Part shown: positions 1 to 23,770 of the stretch, piece by piece | How positions within the stretch are numbered: position 1 is the stretch's first letter | Layout of the letters: each line of letters begins with the position of its first letter | NCBI GenBank assembly: GCA_043228905.1 | Contig: JBHGNT010000002.1 | Location: forward strand, 15,500,001-15,564,000 | From: Azolla caroliniana | Taxonomy: Eukaryota; Plantae; Polypodiophyta | DNA length: 64,000 bases | Reading direction: 5' to 3' | Program-made: the position numbers and the translations under genes | Notes under the pieces: model-generated | Databases searched by the model: none | Seen by the model: only the letters and a program-made list of their open reading frames with translations | What the model was told of the DNA's origin: nothing

Positions 1-1700
1 GCTTGTCACTTTAGGCCAACTTCCACTACAACTCCTCCATACATGGTCTTGCTTGTGTCAAACAAAATTGTTGGTTGATTCAAATTAGTGAATCTTACAA
101 TGTCATTGTGTAATAGTAAATATAGTGATTCTCTAAGGATTGTAAACTTTGAGTAGGAAAGTGGAAAGTGGAAAGTGGAAATTTGCAGCATATAGCTCAC
201 TACAATCCCCTTTTCGTAATTGTATCCACATAAAATGTGCATCTACATCCTTGTTCACAACACACACTCTAGCATGGAGCTCTTCTTTGTATGACACCAT
301 TCCACTAGTGCTTCCTAGCATGCGTGGATAAGGACACATACAGACTTCCATCTATATCCCTATACATCCCGGTGTTTTACGGCCAATGTGTTGATGGGTT
401 CTTTGCATGCAAATCCAATATCTATCCTTAGTGAGCCTATCCAATTCCAGATAGTCATGTTTAAGGCCTAATAGGGCATATATTCTGTCTGTTCTCTATA
501 ACGACCTTCCCGTTTCTATAGGCAACATGTTTTTCAACCTTTCTTTTCACTTGAATCTTTTCTTTGCAAGTGAGATCACCATATACATATTTTTTGTCAC
601 CCTTGAGTGCCCCATCTTGGATCGGAAAACTTTTCATTGTCTGTATCCATGAACCAAACGATTATAGCCATACAGCCAAGACTCATATCTACCCACCATC
701 TACATTGGAGCAATTGAAATCTTCAATTGCAGATCCTTATTCCAATGTTTCCAACATCTTTTATGGGCTTCCTTTTTCAAACAATGCAACTCCAACAACT
801 CATACATGCAATGCACGAGCTTCCAATGTGGTTTCTTCTTTTAATGTTACATTCATCACGTCTAACTTATTTGTGGGTGCTTTGATTGCATCAATCAAAG
901 GAGAATTTACCTTTACTTCAATCTAAGCATGTTCAGCACCCATGTTTGCATTTACTTCTATACATTCTCTCTTTCTATAGGGATGCACTTTTCGACTACC
1001 TCTCAAACTTTATTTAGAATTACATTAATGGCTTAGTTCATTGATATTAGTTTGACCTTACTTGATGATATTTCAGATTTTAAGTAATTTGATCAGACAA
1101 AAAAAAATCTTTAACATCTAAATACAATGGTCATACAATGTTTACAATGTGATTTCCTAAGTTCACTCTTCAAAACTTCATTAAAAAAATATGTTTTTCT
1201 ATCTCTAGTTGCATTCCTGTTTTAAGGCCATTTCTATATTATGTCTCATGAGATTAATATCATCCCATCCCTAACTAGTTGCCAAAAAAAAATCATCTTT
1301 TTCCTCTTCTTTGTCTGATGAGATTTGCATTTTGGGTATCTTGTTCATCCTTGAAGTACTACCTGGAGTGCCCCCCTCCATTTCCTTCCTTAATATCTTC
1401 GTGGTATCGTCCACGTATTTGTTCCATCTTCATGAGTATCTAGACCTCCACTTCATGAGTTGTTCATTCAGACAGTAGGTAGGGATTAACGAAGATTCGT
1501 GCAGAGATTAAGGTAGAAGTGCAGCAAAGATTCAGAGGGATTAATAAAAGGATTCAGCAGACATTGACGGGGAGGGGAGTAAGAGGATAAATGCAAAGAT
1601 TCAGCAAATATGAAAACAAAATCAACAAACATTAATACAGTTATTAATACAGTGTAATAAGATAAAAAGAGACTAAAGATAATAAAAAAAGATTCTAAAG
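1..1700 (-). mobile_element. Highly decayed retroelement relic, possibly L1 ORF1 (inside a gyrB intron)
   Basis: Broken minus-strand frames give LGSTSG...ARVCVV and a frameshifted zinc-knuckle-like KQDHVWRSC near positions 30-60. There are many stops and the boundaries are approximate. Confidence 0.3.
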
Positions 1701-1729
1701 TTAAAACATATTGTAATTTTTGTCTTTAT

Positions 1730-3350
1730 AGCCAAGTAATAACCAATCATGATTTTCTTGTTGTCGCTAGGCATCATGGGGACTTCACTCCAGAGGATTG
1801 GCACAATGGTATGTTCTGTCAGTCTAGTAGGGAAACCTTCACACAACTCTATTAAAGATGTGTGCTAGCAATGGGTCCAAGATGTCTCGGGCATAGATAA
1901 AGTGCTCACCTGCCAATCCATCATAATCCTAGGCCTTCTCAAATTGTAACTGATCAAAGGCATTTCTTATATTTTGGAGTTCGTGTGGTTGTATTGTTGT
2001 CCTTCAGTAACTTTTCCCTATGTCTCTTGCATTTTAGCGAGAAAATTTCCCAAGCAATGTTTGTCCTCGTATTTTATTACCTTGTGTAATGATTCAAAGA
2101 CTTGTTTAAAAACGCAATGGTATATCTCTCTTATTTCATAAAAAACGCTACAATGACAAACATAGTGTTCTTCTGATTCAACTCCCTGATGACACAATTG
2201 GCAAGTTTTTCCTTCTAGAGGTATTTGTGCATATCTGCCTACCTCAATCTCTAGGTGACGTGAAGTAGTTCACATCTGCTCTATCACATTGCCCAATGCA
2301 TAGGATATACAATGGCCTGATGATGAATCCATCCTATGATGTTTGTAAAAAGTATGCTTATAGTGGGTCATCTTCCTACCAAGTGATATTTTGGGGCTGA
2401 TCCATGTTATCTTGTTTCCCAAGTTAATATCAATTCGGATCACTCTATTTTTTTCCACTTTGGTCATGTTTGGATGGCGGCAATCGAAGCTATATTGAAA
2501 CCTGGTGCATTTACACTTATGTCATGTGGATCAACCATGTCACTAATTGGAATAACGACTTGATGATTATAGGGTCTGTTCACATCTCTACCCAGATTAT
2601 ATCATGGGGCACTGATGCTTTGCTCCTTATCATGCGAGCAATCATTGAGACTAAACATCCCTATTATCTTTCCAGTTAAAACCTTTCAAGAACATTAAGG
2701 GCTGCATATCCACGAAAAGTTGGGCACAAGCAATTTCATGTAAGGGGAACCCTGTAAATGTTACTCCGAGGTATGCATAGGAGCATGTGTAGGCCACCTT
2801 TTCCTCTGCCAAGAAGAATTCTCGTTCTAATCTTGTTGCCCATGCTTGAGTGGTGTTAAATACCATCACTTTAGTTTTATCCATGTTTCATACAAAATAC
2901 TTTCAAGGCATTTCAATGTCTTTCTGGTCCCTCCGGAGATTCAGAAATCAGCACAATATCATCAGCATTAGTAATATTTGTATAGCTATACCTGCTAGGC
3001 CTACTCCCAAACCCCTGAATCTTTCTATGTAATGTGATACCTCATCTATATAGAGAGCGAAGAGAGTGGGTGATAGTTGGCATCCTTGTCTTACTCAAAT
3101 TTGCTAACCACAACAGCTGTCAAACCATTGGGAGACCATACTTTTCCTGACACGGATTCATATAATGCATAGATTCCCCATTGCATATCTATAGGGACAC
3201 AGAGGGCTTGGGCTTTTAACTGTTGCATAAGCTGAGCTCTATCCATCTAGTAGGGAAACCTTCATATAGCTCTATTAAAGGTGAGTGCTAGCAATAGGAG
3301 CAAGATGTCACTGGCATAGATAAAGTGCTTACCTACCAATCCATGATGAT
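1730..3350 (-). mobile_element. Degenerate RTE-like LINE fragments (two pieces) in a gyrB intron
   Basis: Clear homology to the 6290-8520 element: DKTKVMVFNTTQAW, YLGVTFTG, MTKVEKNRVIRID, a QGC.LSPTLF RT motif and C.LCHQG.ES.EHYVCHC. The 1740-1970 piece repeats the RT N-terminal region. Confidence 0.75.
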
Positions 3351-4126
3351 CCTACCAATGCATAGATTCCCCATTGCATATCTATAGGGACACAGAGGAC
3401 TTGGGCTTTTAACTGTTGCATAAGCTGAGCTCTATCCATCTAGTAGGGAAACCTTCATATAGCTCTATTAAAGGTGAGTGCTAGCAATAGGAGCAAGATG
3501 TCACTGGCATAGATAAAGTGCTTACCTACCAATCCATGATGATCCTACCAATGCATAGATTCCCCATTGCATATCTATAGGGACACAGAGGACTTGGGCT
3601 TTTAACTGTTGCATAAGCTGAGCTCTATCCATCTAGTAGGGAAACCTTCATATAGCTCTATTAAAGGTGAGTGCTAGCAATAGGAGCAAGATGTCACTGG
3701 CATAGATAAAGTGCTTACCTACCAATCCATGATGATCCTACCAATGCATAGATTCCCCATTGCATATCTATAGGGACACAGAGGGCTTGGGCTTTTAACT
3801 GTTGCATAAGCTGAGCTCTATCCATCTAGTAGGGAAACCTTCATATAGCTCTATTAAAGGTGAGTGCTAGCAATAGGAGCAAGATGTCACTGGCATAGAT
3901 AAAGTGCTTACCTACCAATCCATGATGATCCTACCAATGCATAGATTCCCCATTGCATATCTATAGGGACACAGAGGGCTTGGGCTTTTAACTGTTGCAT
4001 AAGCTGAGCTCTATCCATCTAGTAGGGAAACCTTCATATAGCTCTATTAAAGGTGAGTGCTAGCAATAGGAGCAAGATGTCACTGGCATAGATAAAGTGC
4101 TTACCTACCAATCCATGATGATCCTA
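3164..4126. repeat. Tandem array of five near-identical 193-bp units derived from the RTE RT region
   Basis: Units start (aatgcatagattcccc) at 3164, 3357, 3550, 3743 and 3936. The only variant seen is gagggc (units 1, 4, 5) versus gaggac (units 2, 3). Confidence 0.95.
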
Positions 4127-4147
4127 GGCCTTCCCAAAATCAATGGC

Positions 4148-4168
4148 AGAGAGAGAGAGAGAGAGAGA
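4148..4168. repeat. (GA)n microsatellite
   Basis: Read directly from the sequence. Confidence 0.9.
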
Positions 4169-4258
4169 TCAATACAATTCAAAACATAGAATATAAGCTC
4201 TTACAAATATTACAAGAGAAGGCAAAGATGAGGAACAAATATTGAAGGTAGAAATGAC

Positions 4259-15448
<11,190 letters not shown>

Positions 15449-15971
15449 GGCCAAAAAGAAGGGGAGAAATGGTGGTGTGTTTGTTTGTTCTTCTTCGTCA
15501 GGGAATATGTATGGTGATTTTAAAATGCTTGCGCCTATGTATGTACATATGTGCTTATTATTAAAGGCTTTTTGCTATTTCCAGAAATGCCCTTCCCTCT
15601 CGATAAATGCAAGTTCAGTTCAGACGCCGTTTATTATCTTATCTATCTATCTAGTCGTCGAGTTGTGATTATTGTTCGTTTTTGTTTTTGTTATGAAGGG
15701 AATTATGGAAGGAACCCCAAAAGAGAGAAATAAAATGAGGGGGGGAGGTGGAATGATCGAATGATTATATAAATTGCTCATTCGGAGGTGTTTGCTAAAT
15801 TAAACGATTAGAACTCGTGCACACTTTAGGGATATAAATAAACAAAAGCATTGAGGGGGAGGTTTTTGATCCCATTTACGTTTTAGCTATGAAATATAAT
15901 TTTACATAACCTTTGATCTCGGGAAATCACAAAGATACCAATGTATGAAATCAAATGCAATTAATGATGTA

Positions 15972-17379
15972 CAGTAGACATTCGGTTAAGTGTGTGCCCA
16001 CTTAAATGTGCCATTCTATTAAGTGCGCTTTGTATAGAAGTCAAAATAGAGATCATAAAAATTTCATTGTTTCATGATGAAATTACATAAAACCAAATTG
16101 AAACTATATTCTAAACATTCAAAAAACAACAAAATGATCAACATTCAATAAAATTGATGTTGTGAACCACAAAATGAATTGAACTTAGATCTTGCATTCC
16201 TACCATTGCACAAGTTGGGTGAGGGTTAATGAAGCGAAAACTATCGATTGGTTAATCAATTAATAGCTCATTATGTGGACTTATATTAGGGGAAAGCTAT
16301 TAATTGATTAATTGCTCATTATGTGAGCTCACATAAAGGAAAAACTATTAATCGATTAATAGCTCATTATGTGGACTCACATTAGGGAAAGCCATTAATC
16401 GATCAATAGCTCATTATGTGGACTTACATTAGGGGAAAGCTATTAATTGATTAATAGCTCATTATGTGGATTCACATTAGGGGAAAGCTATTAATCGATT
16501 AATAGCTCATTATGTGGACTCACATTAGGGGAAAGTTATTAATTGATTAATAGCTCATTATGTGGATTCACATTAGGGGAAAGCTATTAATCGATTAATA
16601 GTTTTTCTTTTATGTGAGTTCACAGAAAGGAAAAACTATTAATCAATTAATAGCTCATTATGTGGACTCACATGAAAGGAAATCTATTAATCGATTAATA
16701 GCTAGTTATGTGGACTTACATAAAGGAAAAACTATTAATCAATTAAAAGCGCATTATGTGGACTCACATTAGGGGAAAGCTATTAATTGATTGATAGTTT
16801 TTCTTTTATGTGAACTATTAATCGATTAATAGCTCATTATGTGGACTCACATGAAGGGAAAGCTATTAATCGATTAATAGCTCGTTATGTGGACTCACAT
16901 AAAAGAAAAACTATTAATCGATTGATAGCTCCCTACTCTTAGGTATTTTTGTAGCACTATCTCAACCAAGTATGTGGATTGTTTCTCCTAAACCACATGC
17001 CACAATTCAAACTAACGACATCACGCACAATCTCTAAACAATTACCATCTAAAATATGTAGAGAATCAGGCCATCTAAACTATCCACAAGACCTCCCTTC
17101 TCTTCAGAATCTTTCTCTCGTATTTATAGCATAGACACAAAAAAATAGACATCAGAAAGAAACGTGGTGAGTGACATGGATTGCAGCAGCGTGGGAGCGA
17201 TTACAGCAGCAAGGAGGGCCTCAACGATGGCTGTTGGGGTTGGGTTTCCTCAAAATTAGAACAAGAAAGAAAAAATTGGGTTTTTTTTATTATTACTAAA
17301 AAAGCCCTAAATGCGCAGCTCGGTTAAGTGCGCACATTTCCCTTGCGTTCAAAGTGCGCACTTAACCGAATGTCTACTG
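15972..17379. mobile_element. Non-autonomous Tc1/mariner (pogo-like) DNA transposon
   Basis: 21-bp perfect TIRs cagtagacattcggttaagtg / cacttaaccgaatgtctactg, a TA target duplication on both sides, CAGT termini and no transposase ORF. Confidence 0.9.
16235..16930. repeat. ~48-bp tandem array (~14 units) built on an 18-bp palindrome, inside the pogo-like element
   Basis: Consensus ctattaatcgattaatagctcattatgtggactcacattaggggaaag; CTATTAATCGATTAATAG is self-complementary. Confidence 0.9.
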
Positions 17380-18131
17380 TAACAATATAATTCATAGGTC
17401 AATCTTTGTTTATGACTTGTATAGTCATAAAAAGCATGAATTTGTATATGTTGATCCCACTGTGGATTCGGGTAAACTCTGATGTATGTATTCTATTTGC
17501 TAGCTAATGTGAAATAGTGTTTTTGGAAAAGAAAATAACCCATAAATTTTATCAAACACAAATAAGCTTCATGAGTCATGATTACTTAAAGAATATAAAT
17601 TTAATGTCCAATGTCCACCCAAATGGCAAGTTGAAATAACTCTGGTTATTGATAGCAATTTGCTAGGGCTCCATCTTATCCAATGTGGAATGATCATCCA
17701 CTAGATTCCATGCTTGTCCTAGCTCAACAAGGAGTCAATTGCCCCACATTCCATGTACAATGAAGTTATCGCACATCAACATTCTTTGTATATCCTCACA
17801 TGGGATGGGGGTTCTCTCATTGCAAAACACTCTTAATTGCAATGGCCATCAACAATCTTTTGAACATTGATAGCAACTTATCAACTCGACACAACCGCAA
17901 ATCATGAAAATGATCCATAGGAGGGAGGGGCTAGGTGGGTGGGTCATATGATTGCCGAGGAACAATAGTAAACTTGATCTTTCTTTCTTTTTTGTATTGT
18001 AATTAGCTTACCCTAGTGGTAAGTCATCATTACATATTGTATTGTTCAATAAAACCCAAATTTCTCATCTCCCTACTACACCATATATATATATAAATCT
18101 CCTATTTCAAGAAAATAGATGGATGCCACTA

Positions 18132-18192
18132 TGGGATGTAGGGGTTGAACCCACGACCTCCGATATGCAATGAGCAACTGAGCTATACATCC
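18132..18192 (-). pseudogene. tRNA-derived relic (tRNA-Ala-like pseudogene or SINE head)
   Basis: Minus strand GGATGTATAGCTCAGTTG..ttgcat..GGTCGTGGGTTCAACCCCTACATCCCA has A-box and B-box-like motifs and paired ends. It is only ~61 nt long with a truncated D arm. Confidence 0.5.
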
Positions 18193-18302
18193 ATCCAAGC
18201 TCTTTTAGAATCCAAATACATATATATGAAATAGAGGAGAAAAGGCGAAGTGAAATCACGACCGTCCCATCTAGCATGTATGTATATGGATACAGTATGT
18301 AC

Positions 18303-18335
<33 letters not shown>

Positions 18336-18497
18336 CATACATACATTATATAGTATGTATGTACATATATATATATACGTCGATGGTGAAAGAGGGTGGG
18401 GTGTGTGGGTCAAGCCTAGGGTTTTAGAGGGAAAGCAAATTGCTGTGACAGAGTAAGAAACAAGAGGGAACGAGTGAGAGAGAGAGGAGAAGAGAAG

Positions 18498-19043
18498 ATG
18501 AAGCCTGCAGCGAGGATACTGCGCCCAGCCTCCTCCCTTGTAGCTCGAAGATTATCTGCAACCGAATTTAGCCTCACCTCTGCACAGAACAACAACATGG
18601 CTACGGGGTTGAATACAAGAACTCTCATGCCAGCTCATATTTGGCGATGGTACAGGAGAGAACCGATCTCTCAAGCGCAGGTCCAAGCGGAGATGGAAGA
18701 AGAAGCCAAGAACATCGATCTCGCGCCTCACAAGCTTCTACAGAAAGGAGATGCAGGGACACAGCAAGCGATTATACAGGATGTGATCCCAGTTGGCTAC
18801 TTCTGCAAGATGCCGAGTGGGAAGCAAGCGTATCTTCCCGCACAAGATTTAGGGTTTACGGGAGGCTTGGCCATCCTCGAGAGGTTGTTCAAGGTGGGTC
18901 AAGAAATCACTGTCCGTGTTGCATCGATTGGTGGCGGTGGGCGAGAGATACTGTCCATCAAAAAACCCGAGTTCGCGCCCCCCGAGAGGAAGTTCTCAGT
19001 TAGTGCGAGTACTGCAAGCAGAGCTCAGGGGTCTAGGTATTGA
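18498..19043 (+). CDS. Intronless S1/OB-fold nucleic-acid-binding protein with a likely mitochondrial presequence (~181 aa)
   Basis: ATG at 18498 (MKPAARILRPASSLVARRLS, Arg/Ser/Ala-rich with no acidic residues). S1-like pattern IQDVIPVGYFC..AYLP..DL..FKVGQEITVRV..REILSIK. The ORF is GC-richer than its flanks and has a GA-rich 5' region. Confidence 0.7.
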   Translation: MKPAARILRPASSLVARRLSATEFSLTSAQNNNMATGLNTRTLMPAHIWRWYRREPISQAQVQAEMEEEAKNIDLAPHKLLQKGDAGTQQAIIQDVIPVGYFCKMPSGKQAYLPAQDLGFTGGLAILERLFKVGQEITVRVASIGGGGREILSIKKPEFAPPERKFSVSASTASRAQGSRY

Positions 19044-20163
19044 CCATGGATTTGCTTTAGGATTTTGTGTTTGTGGTGTTTGATCAAAGGTTTATTTATT
19101 GGATGTTGTTATGCTCCTTTGGTTATGATAGTTATCACAAGACACTGTGTATGCGGGGAGTTTAATTGCATATAAGTAGTAGAAGAACTTTGCTGCATTG
19201 CTCAAAATACTTCTCTTTCTCCTGGTTATGTATAATAAAGATTTCACATTCTGTTATTGTATCTGTCTTGGTATTTAGAGTTTGTTAATGAACTTGTGAA
19301 GATTTTTTCATGAATAGCCAATTCCTTGTGGTTATCATAAGGTTTCTGGGAAAGAAAATGCAAGCATATAAATAGAATAAATGACATGTGTTATATCGTT
19401 AGTGTTAAAGGCCTTTATGCTGAATGCCTTTAATGGTGTGGCAACTATAGGTTTTCAGTGCATTTGGTAATGTTTGGTCAGGGGTTGGATGTAAAGTATT
19501 GCCTTGTGGTTAATTAAGCATATCTATGATGTTATAGTTCAAGAAAACTGACTATACAGGATTATGTCTTTTTATTGGTTAAATGCTTATGGCAAGTGTA
19601 TCCAGTGCATTATTGCTTTCTATGGTAAGGTTGTAGGTTTTTGTTATTTGGATAAAGATTTTAGTTTGTTAGTCACAACTAAAAAGTCTTAAAATCCAAT
19701 TAAGGTATACTGAAAACGTGGGATTTATATGTTATCTATTTGTTATTGTATACATAAAACATCCATATGCTATAAGCATTGTGAGTGGCAGGCTCAATTG
19801 ATGGGTCATAGATGGATGTGTTTTTTGTACTAATTCTTTCATGCATTTCAAGAATTTTGGCATTGCTTTTTAAAGTTGTGTGTCTCTTATATTAATGATT
19901 GCATGCATTGCATGAAGTTTGCCATTAAAATTTAAAGCTGTGTCGCGTCTTTTGAATATGCTTCATGAAACCCTTTAAAAAAATTATAAAGCAAGAGTTG
20001 AAATAAATCATTGCACGTGAGTAGAATGCTTCTCAAAGTGTTGCTTCATCCATCAGTAGAGTTTTCTTTTTATATTGGTGAATGTTTTATAGCATACCAT
20101 TATCATATTATACTATTGTTTACTAATGTTTGGGTCTTGACCTGTTTTCTCCCATTATCTGGG

Positions 20164-20699
20164 GAGCTTGGGAATCTATGTTTTATTCTAAATCAAGTGT
20201 TTGACCCACTTGTATGGTTTCATGTAAGTTGAGCAAATCCTACAACGAGATTGTTTTGATCATGTGGACATAACCATTTAGTGAGGACATTCAAGAGCTT
20301 GGGCCTCTATGTTTGATTCTAAATGCAAGTGTTTCGCCCGCATGTATGGTTTCATGTACGTTCGAGCAAATCCTTTGACTAGATTGCGTTGATCATGTGT
20401 ACATAACCATTTAGTTAGGACATTCAAGAGCTTGGGCCTCTATGCTTGATTCTAAATGCAAGTGTTTGAGTCGCTTGTATGGTCTCATGTAGTTTGGATC
20501 AAATTGTACAACTAGATAGTTTTGATTATGTGGACATAACCATTTAGTTAGGACATTCAAGAGCTTGGGCCTCTATGTCTACTTTTGATTCTAAATGTGA
20601 GTGCTCAACCCACTTGTATAGTTTCATGTAAGATCGAGCAAATCCAACAACTAGATTGTGTTGATCGTGTGGACATAACCATTTAGTTAGGACATTCAA
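20164..20699. repeat. Four diverged ~133-bp tandem units
   Basis: gagcttggg..acataaccatttagttaggacattcaa units start at 20164, 20295, 20428 and 20561. Confidence 0.9.
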
Positions 20700-21078
20700 T
20701 AACATTCAGGTCAGGGCCAATTCCACATTGTGTCATTACAATGTTTAGTTGTTATTGACAAGCTTTGTGGACGGTTAACATCAATCACACTTCACTTATC
20801 CTAAACAAGCTTTACTCTTACATTTTGGTATAATGCCTTGCCTTTGACAACATTTGATAATGCTTTCCACATCTTCCCCCAACCCAGTCCTTTCATGAAA
20901 TTTCTCTCACCATCATAGTGTACAATCTAAAATTTGGCGATCATTAGTAAATCTCTTTAACATCAAGCTCCACTACTTAAAATTTCACGTATATTTTGTT
21001 AAAATGTTATATTCTTGTTATGTTTGAACTTCAAATGCAAAAATAATCTTTCTCTCTCTCTCTCTTAGTGAATGGAGA

Positions 21079-21985
21079 TTGGACTCCGATCATTGGGCTT
21101 TATGTATTGACCTCAAATGTATGAATAGGTATGATTTCGAGAAGGCCATTGAAGATAATAAACAATCACATTTGGGCATGAACATTAAACAAGCACACAA
21201 GTATTCCAAGTTGGTTGATGATATGTTACAAATGATAAAGATACAATATTTTCTCATGCACAAACAAATGTTTTTTTGTCCTAGCACACATATTGGAAAC
21301 ACATAAAGGAATGTAGTTCAAATAAAGAATGATATTAAGCTCAAAAGTGCTTTATGATTTTGGATGTAGTTAAGGATAAAGAAAATTATCAAATGCGTTT
21401 GCATGAATACAAAAGCCTCATTCAAAGAAAGAGAAAATATGGGAAGTTACTTAACAATTTCTTCAAACACAAAAAAACGACATGCATGTATTTAATTCTA
21501 GGGGAATCTAAAGAGAAAATGTATTGAAGAAGTTTCCATCGGGAATGTAGTCATAATGCTTTTGTTGTACACGAATGGTCTTATGTTTTTGTCAAACACT
21601 TTACTAGATCTGCAAAAGCTTATGAGAACATTGGAAGAAATTTGCATGCATATTAAATTAAGTGTCAACAACTCTAAAACAAAGATTATGCATGTGAAGA
21701 GTCAAAAGAAAGATAAACCACGAATTATGTACAATAATGAGCACTTAAATGTATGGAAAACTTCAAACTTGAAGTTCTTTGCTGCTTAGAGGTAGGAAAG
21801 AGAGCATATCATGCATTTGAGAACACATTCAATCATGGAGAAAATAAGTGTTGAGTCCTCAAGAAATACATTTTTGACACTTAGATGACACTAATGCTTC
21901 TCTATGAGGTGGAAGTACGACGGGTTAGCATCCCAAATCTACTTGGAAAGAGTTTGAAAATGATCAAAATAAAATTTTACAACAT
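21079..21985 (+). mobile_element. Decayed RTE-like LINE relic
   Basis: DSDHWAL (endonuclease end), LLLYTNGLM (decayed YADD), LSVNNSKTKIM and FDT.MTLMLLY in broken frames. Confidence 0.6.
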
Positions 21986-23770
21986 TGTCACGATTATGCA
22001 CGTGCGTGTGCCACTCGAGCAGAACCACATGGTCTTCAACCACGGAGTCGAAAGGATGGAAGGTACATTGAAGATTTGCCCTTGTCAAAGAAAGCCTCTA
22101 GTCGAACATTGGCTCCCCCTTAAACCACAAAAATAGTTTCAAAGAAAGGGAATAATAATCCTTCGTTCACACGACGGACTATCAAAGGATTGAACTTTGC
22201 ACCCCTACAAACCTATTGACTAGCAGAAACAACTATGCTATTCTCTTTTATTTGTTTAGATCTTCAATCTTTTTAGAATTCTTGATACCCTTCACTCTAT
22301 TGCATGTTCTCCCTCAACTTGTGAGTGCTTAAAATCGACGCAAAAAGAAGCCCAGATGGATTATTATACAATAATCTTTTGTTTGTAAAATGCGGAAGAA
22401 GCGGCTGGTGGAAAAAATTGGTTGGAGTACTTGGACAAAGGATTCATTGTATATACATGTAGATGTGTGATGTGAGTGGACCAGGGGAGGAACACATCAG
22501 CGCGCCTCCAGGAGTTTGAAAGACGATTCATGCGACTCTAGGCATTGGACTTGACCGTGCTCAACACGAGCAAGGTCCTATTGTTTATCAAGTTGGTCGA
22601 CCCACTCAGCCGAGAATAGGTAGGTATCCTATTGGAGAGGGATAAAGGGCTGATGGGCCCGATTGGGCCGTGATAGAACGGGTTTGTAGCCGTTTCAACA
22701 AACAACGTGAATGGAATGACGCGGGGCCGTCAACGATAGGCTTGAACGTTGGGAAGAAGCCGGGGGAACCAATACCGACACAACCGGAGGAAACACGAAG
22801 GTGGCTCGAGTCGGGCATGGTTTTGACCGACGTGGTCAAGGGCCCGTCCGGGGGCGCAACTCTAGAGGAGTTGACGAAGATGGTGCGCAATCTCCAAATC
22901 ACGCAAGCCCGGAGAGATGGCGGAGGACAGTTGCGTGACCGGAGGCTTCCAATCGACCATCAATGCATGTGGTGTGATGTCGTCGACCACATCCAGAGAG
23001 AGTGCACTGATTTTGCCGAAGCACTCAAGAACGATTTTGTGTACCTTTGGAATGGACGGGTACATGCGAAGGCCCCTCGAGGTGAACACCGGACGAGGAG
23101 GCATGAAGAGGATAATGGAAGAAGTCGCGGCTCGGAACGCCGAGGCCATTCACTACTCGGTGTCTGCGGGGATCAGACTAAACAAAGAGAAGGGCACTGG
23201 ATCCGGAAGCAATATGGGATTCTAGTTGTTTGTACTAGAAGGCCTATCGGGGGTGAGGCTATGGAAGGAAGAGGTGGACCGCGCGTAGAGGCGGGTCCAG
23301 GAAGGCACCAGATGGAATGATCCGTTTGAAGAGAAAACTGGCTTCGTAGAAGCCGCATGCCGAAACTACGAGGTTATGGTCGAGGATAAACGAGCTGGAA
23401 AGGCTAGAGGGGCCGATCCCTTTAACCAGTATGACACCTGGAGTGGCTGAAAAAGAATGACGGAGGCCCAACCGGCTCACAGGGGAAGACGAAGATCCCG
23501 AGATTCCGGCTGAGCTCGGAGATAGAGAGGACGATGGATTTGTAGAAGGTCCTGGAAGAGTGGATCCTCGACAACAAGGTGGAGCTCTCATTACAAGAGG
23601 TGTTGGGGATTGCAAAGAAAGAATTCCACAATTCCATCGTGGACCTGGTGAAAAGGAAGTGGCTCTCGTCGGAGCCGGAGTCGGAGAAGTCGGTGGAGGT
23701 AAAGACAACCCACATCCAAGAGGTGGCGATGGAGGAGGAGGCCCCGGATAGTCACTTCTTGAAGCTACAC

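Noticed and set aside
16235-16930. CRISPR-like array (palindromic repeat with spacers)
   Set aside because: The spacers are repeated rather than unique, there are no cas genes, the context is eukaryotic, and the array lies inside a TIR element.
21986-22470. Candidate 5' LTR of the old Gypsy (starts tgtca)
   Set aside because: No visible similarity to the sequence after the PPT at 43259, and no PBS was found.
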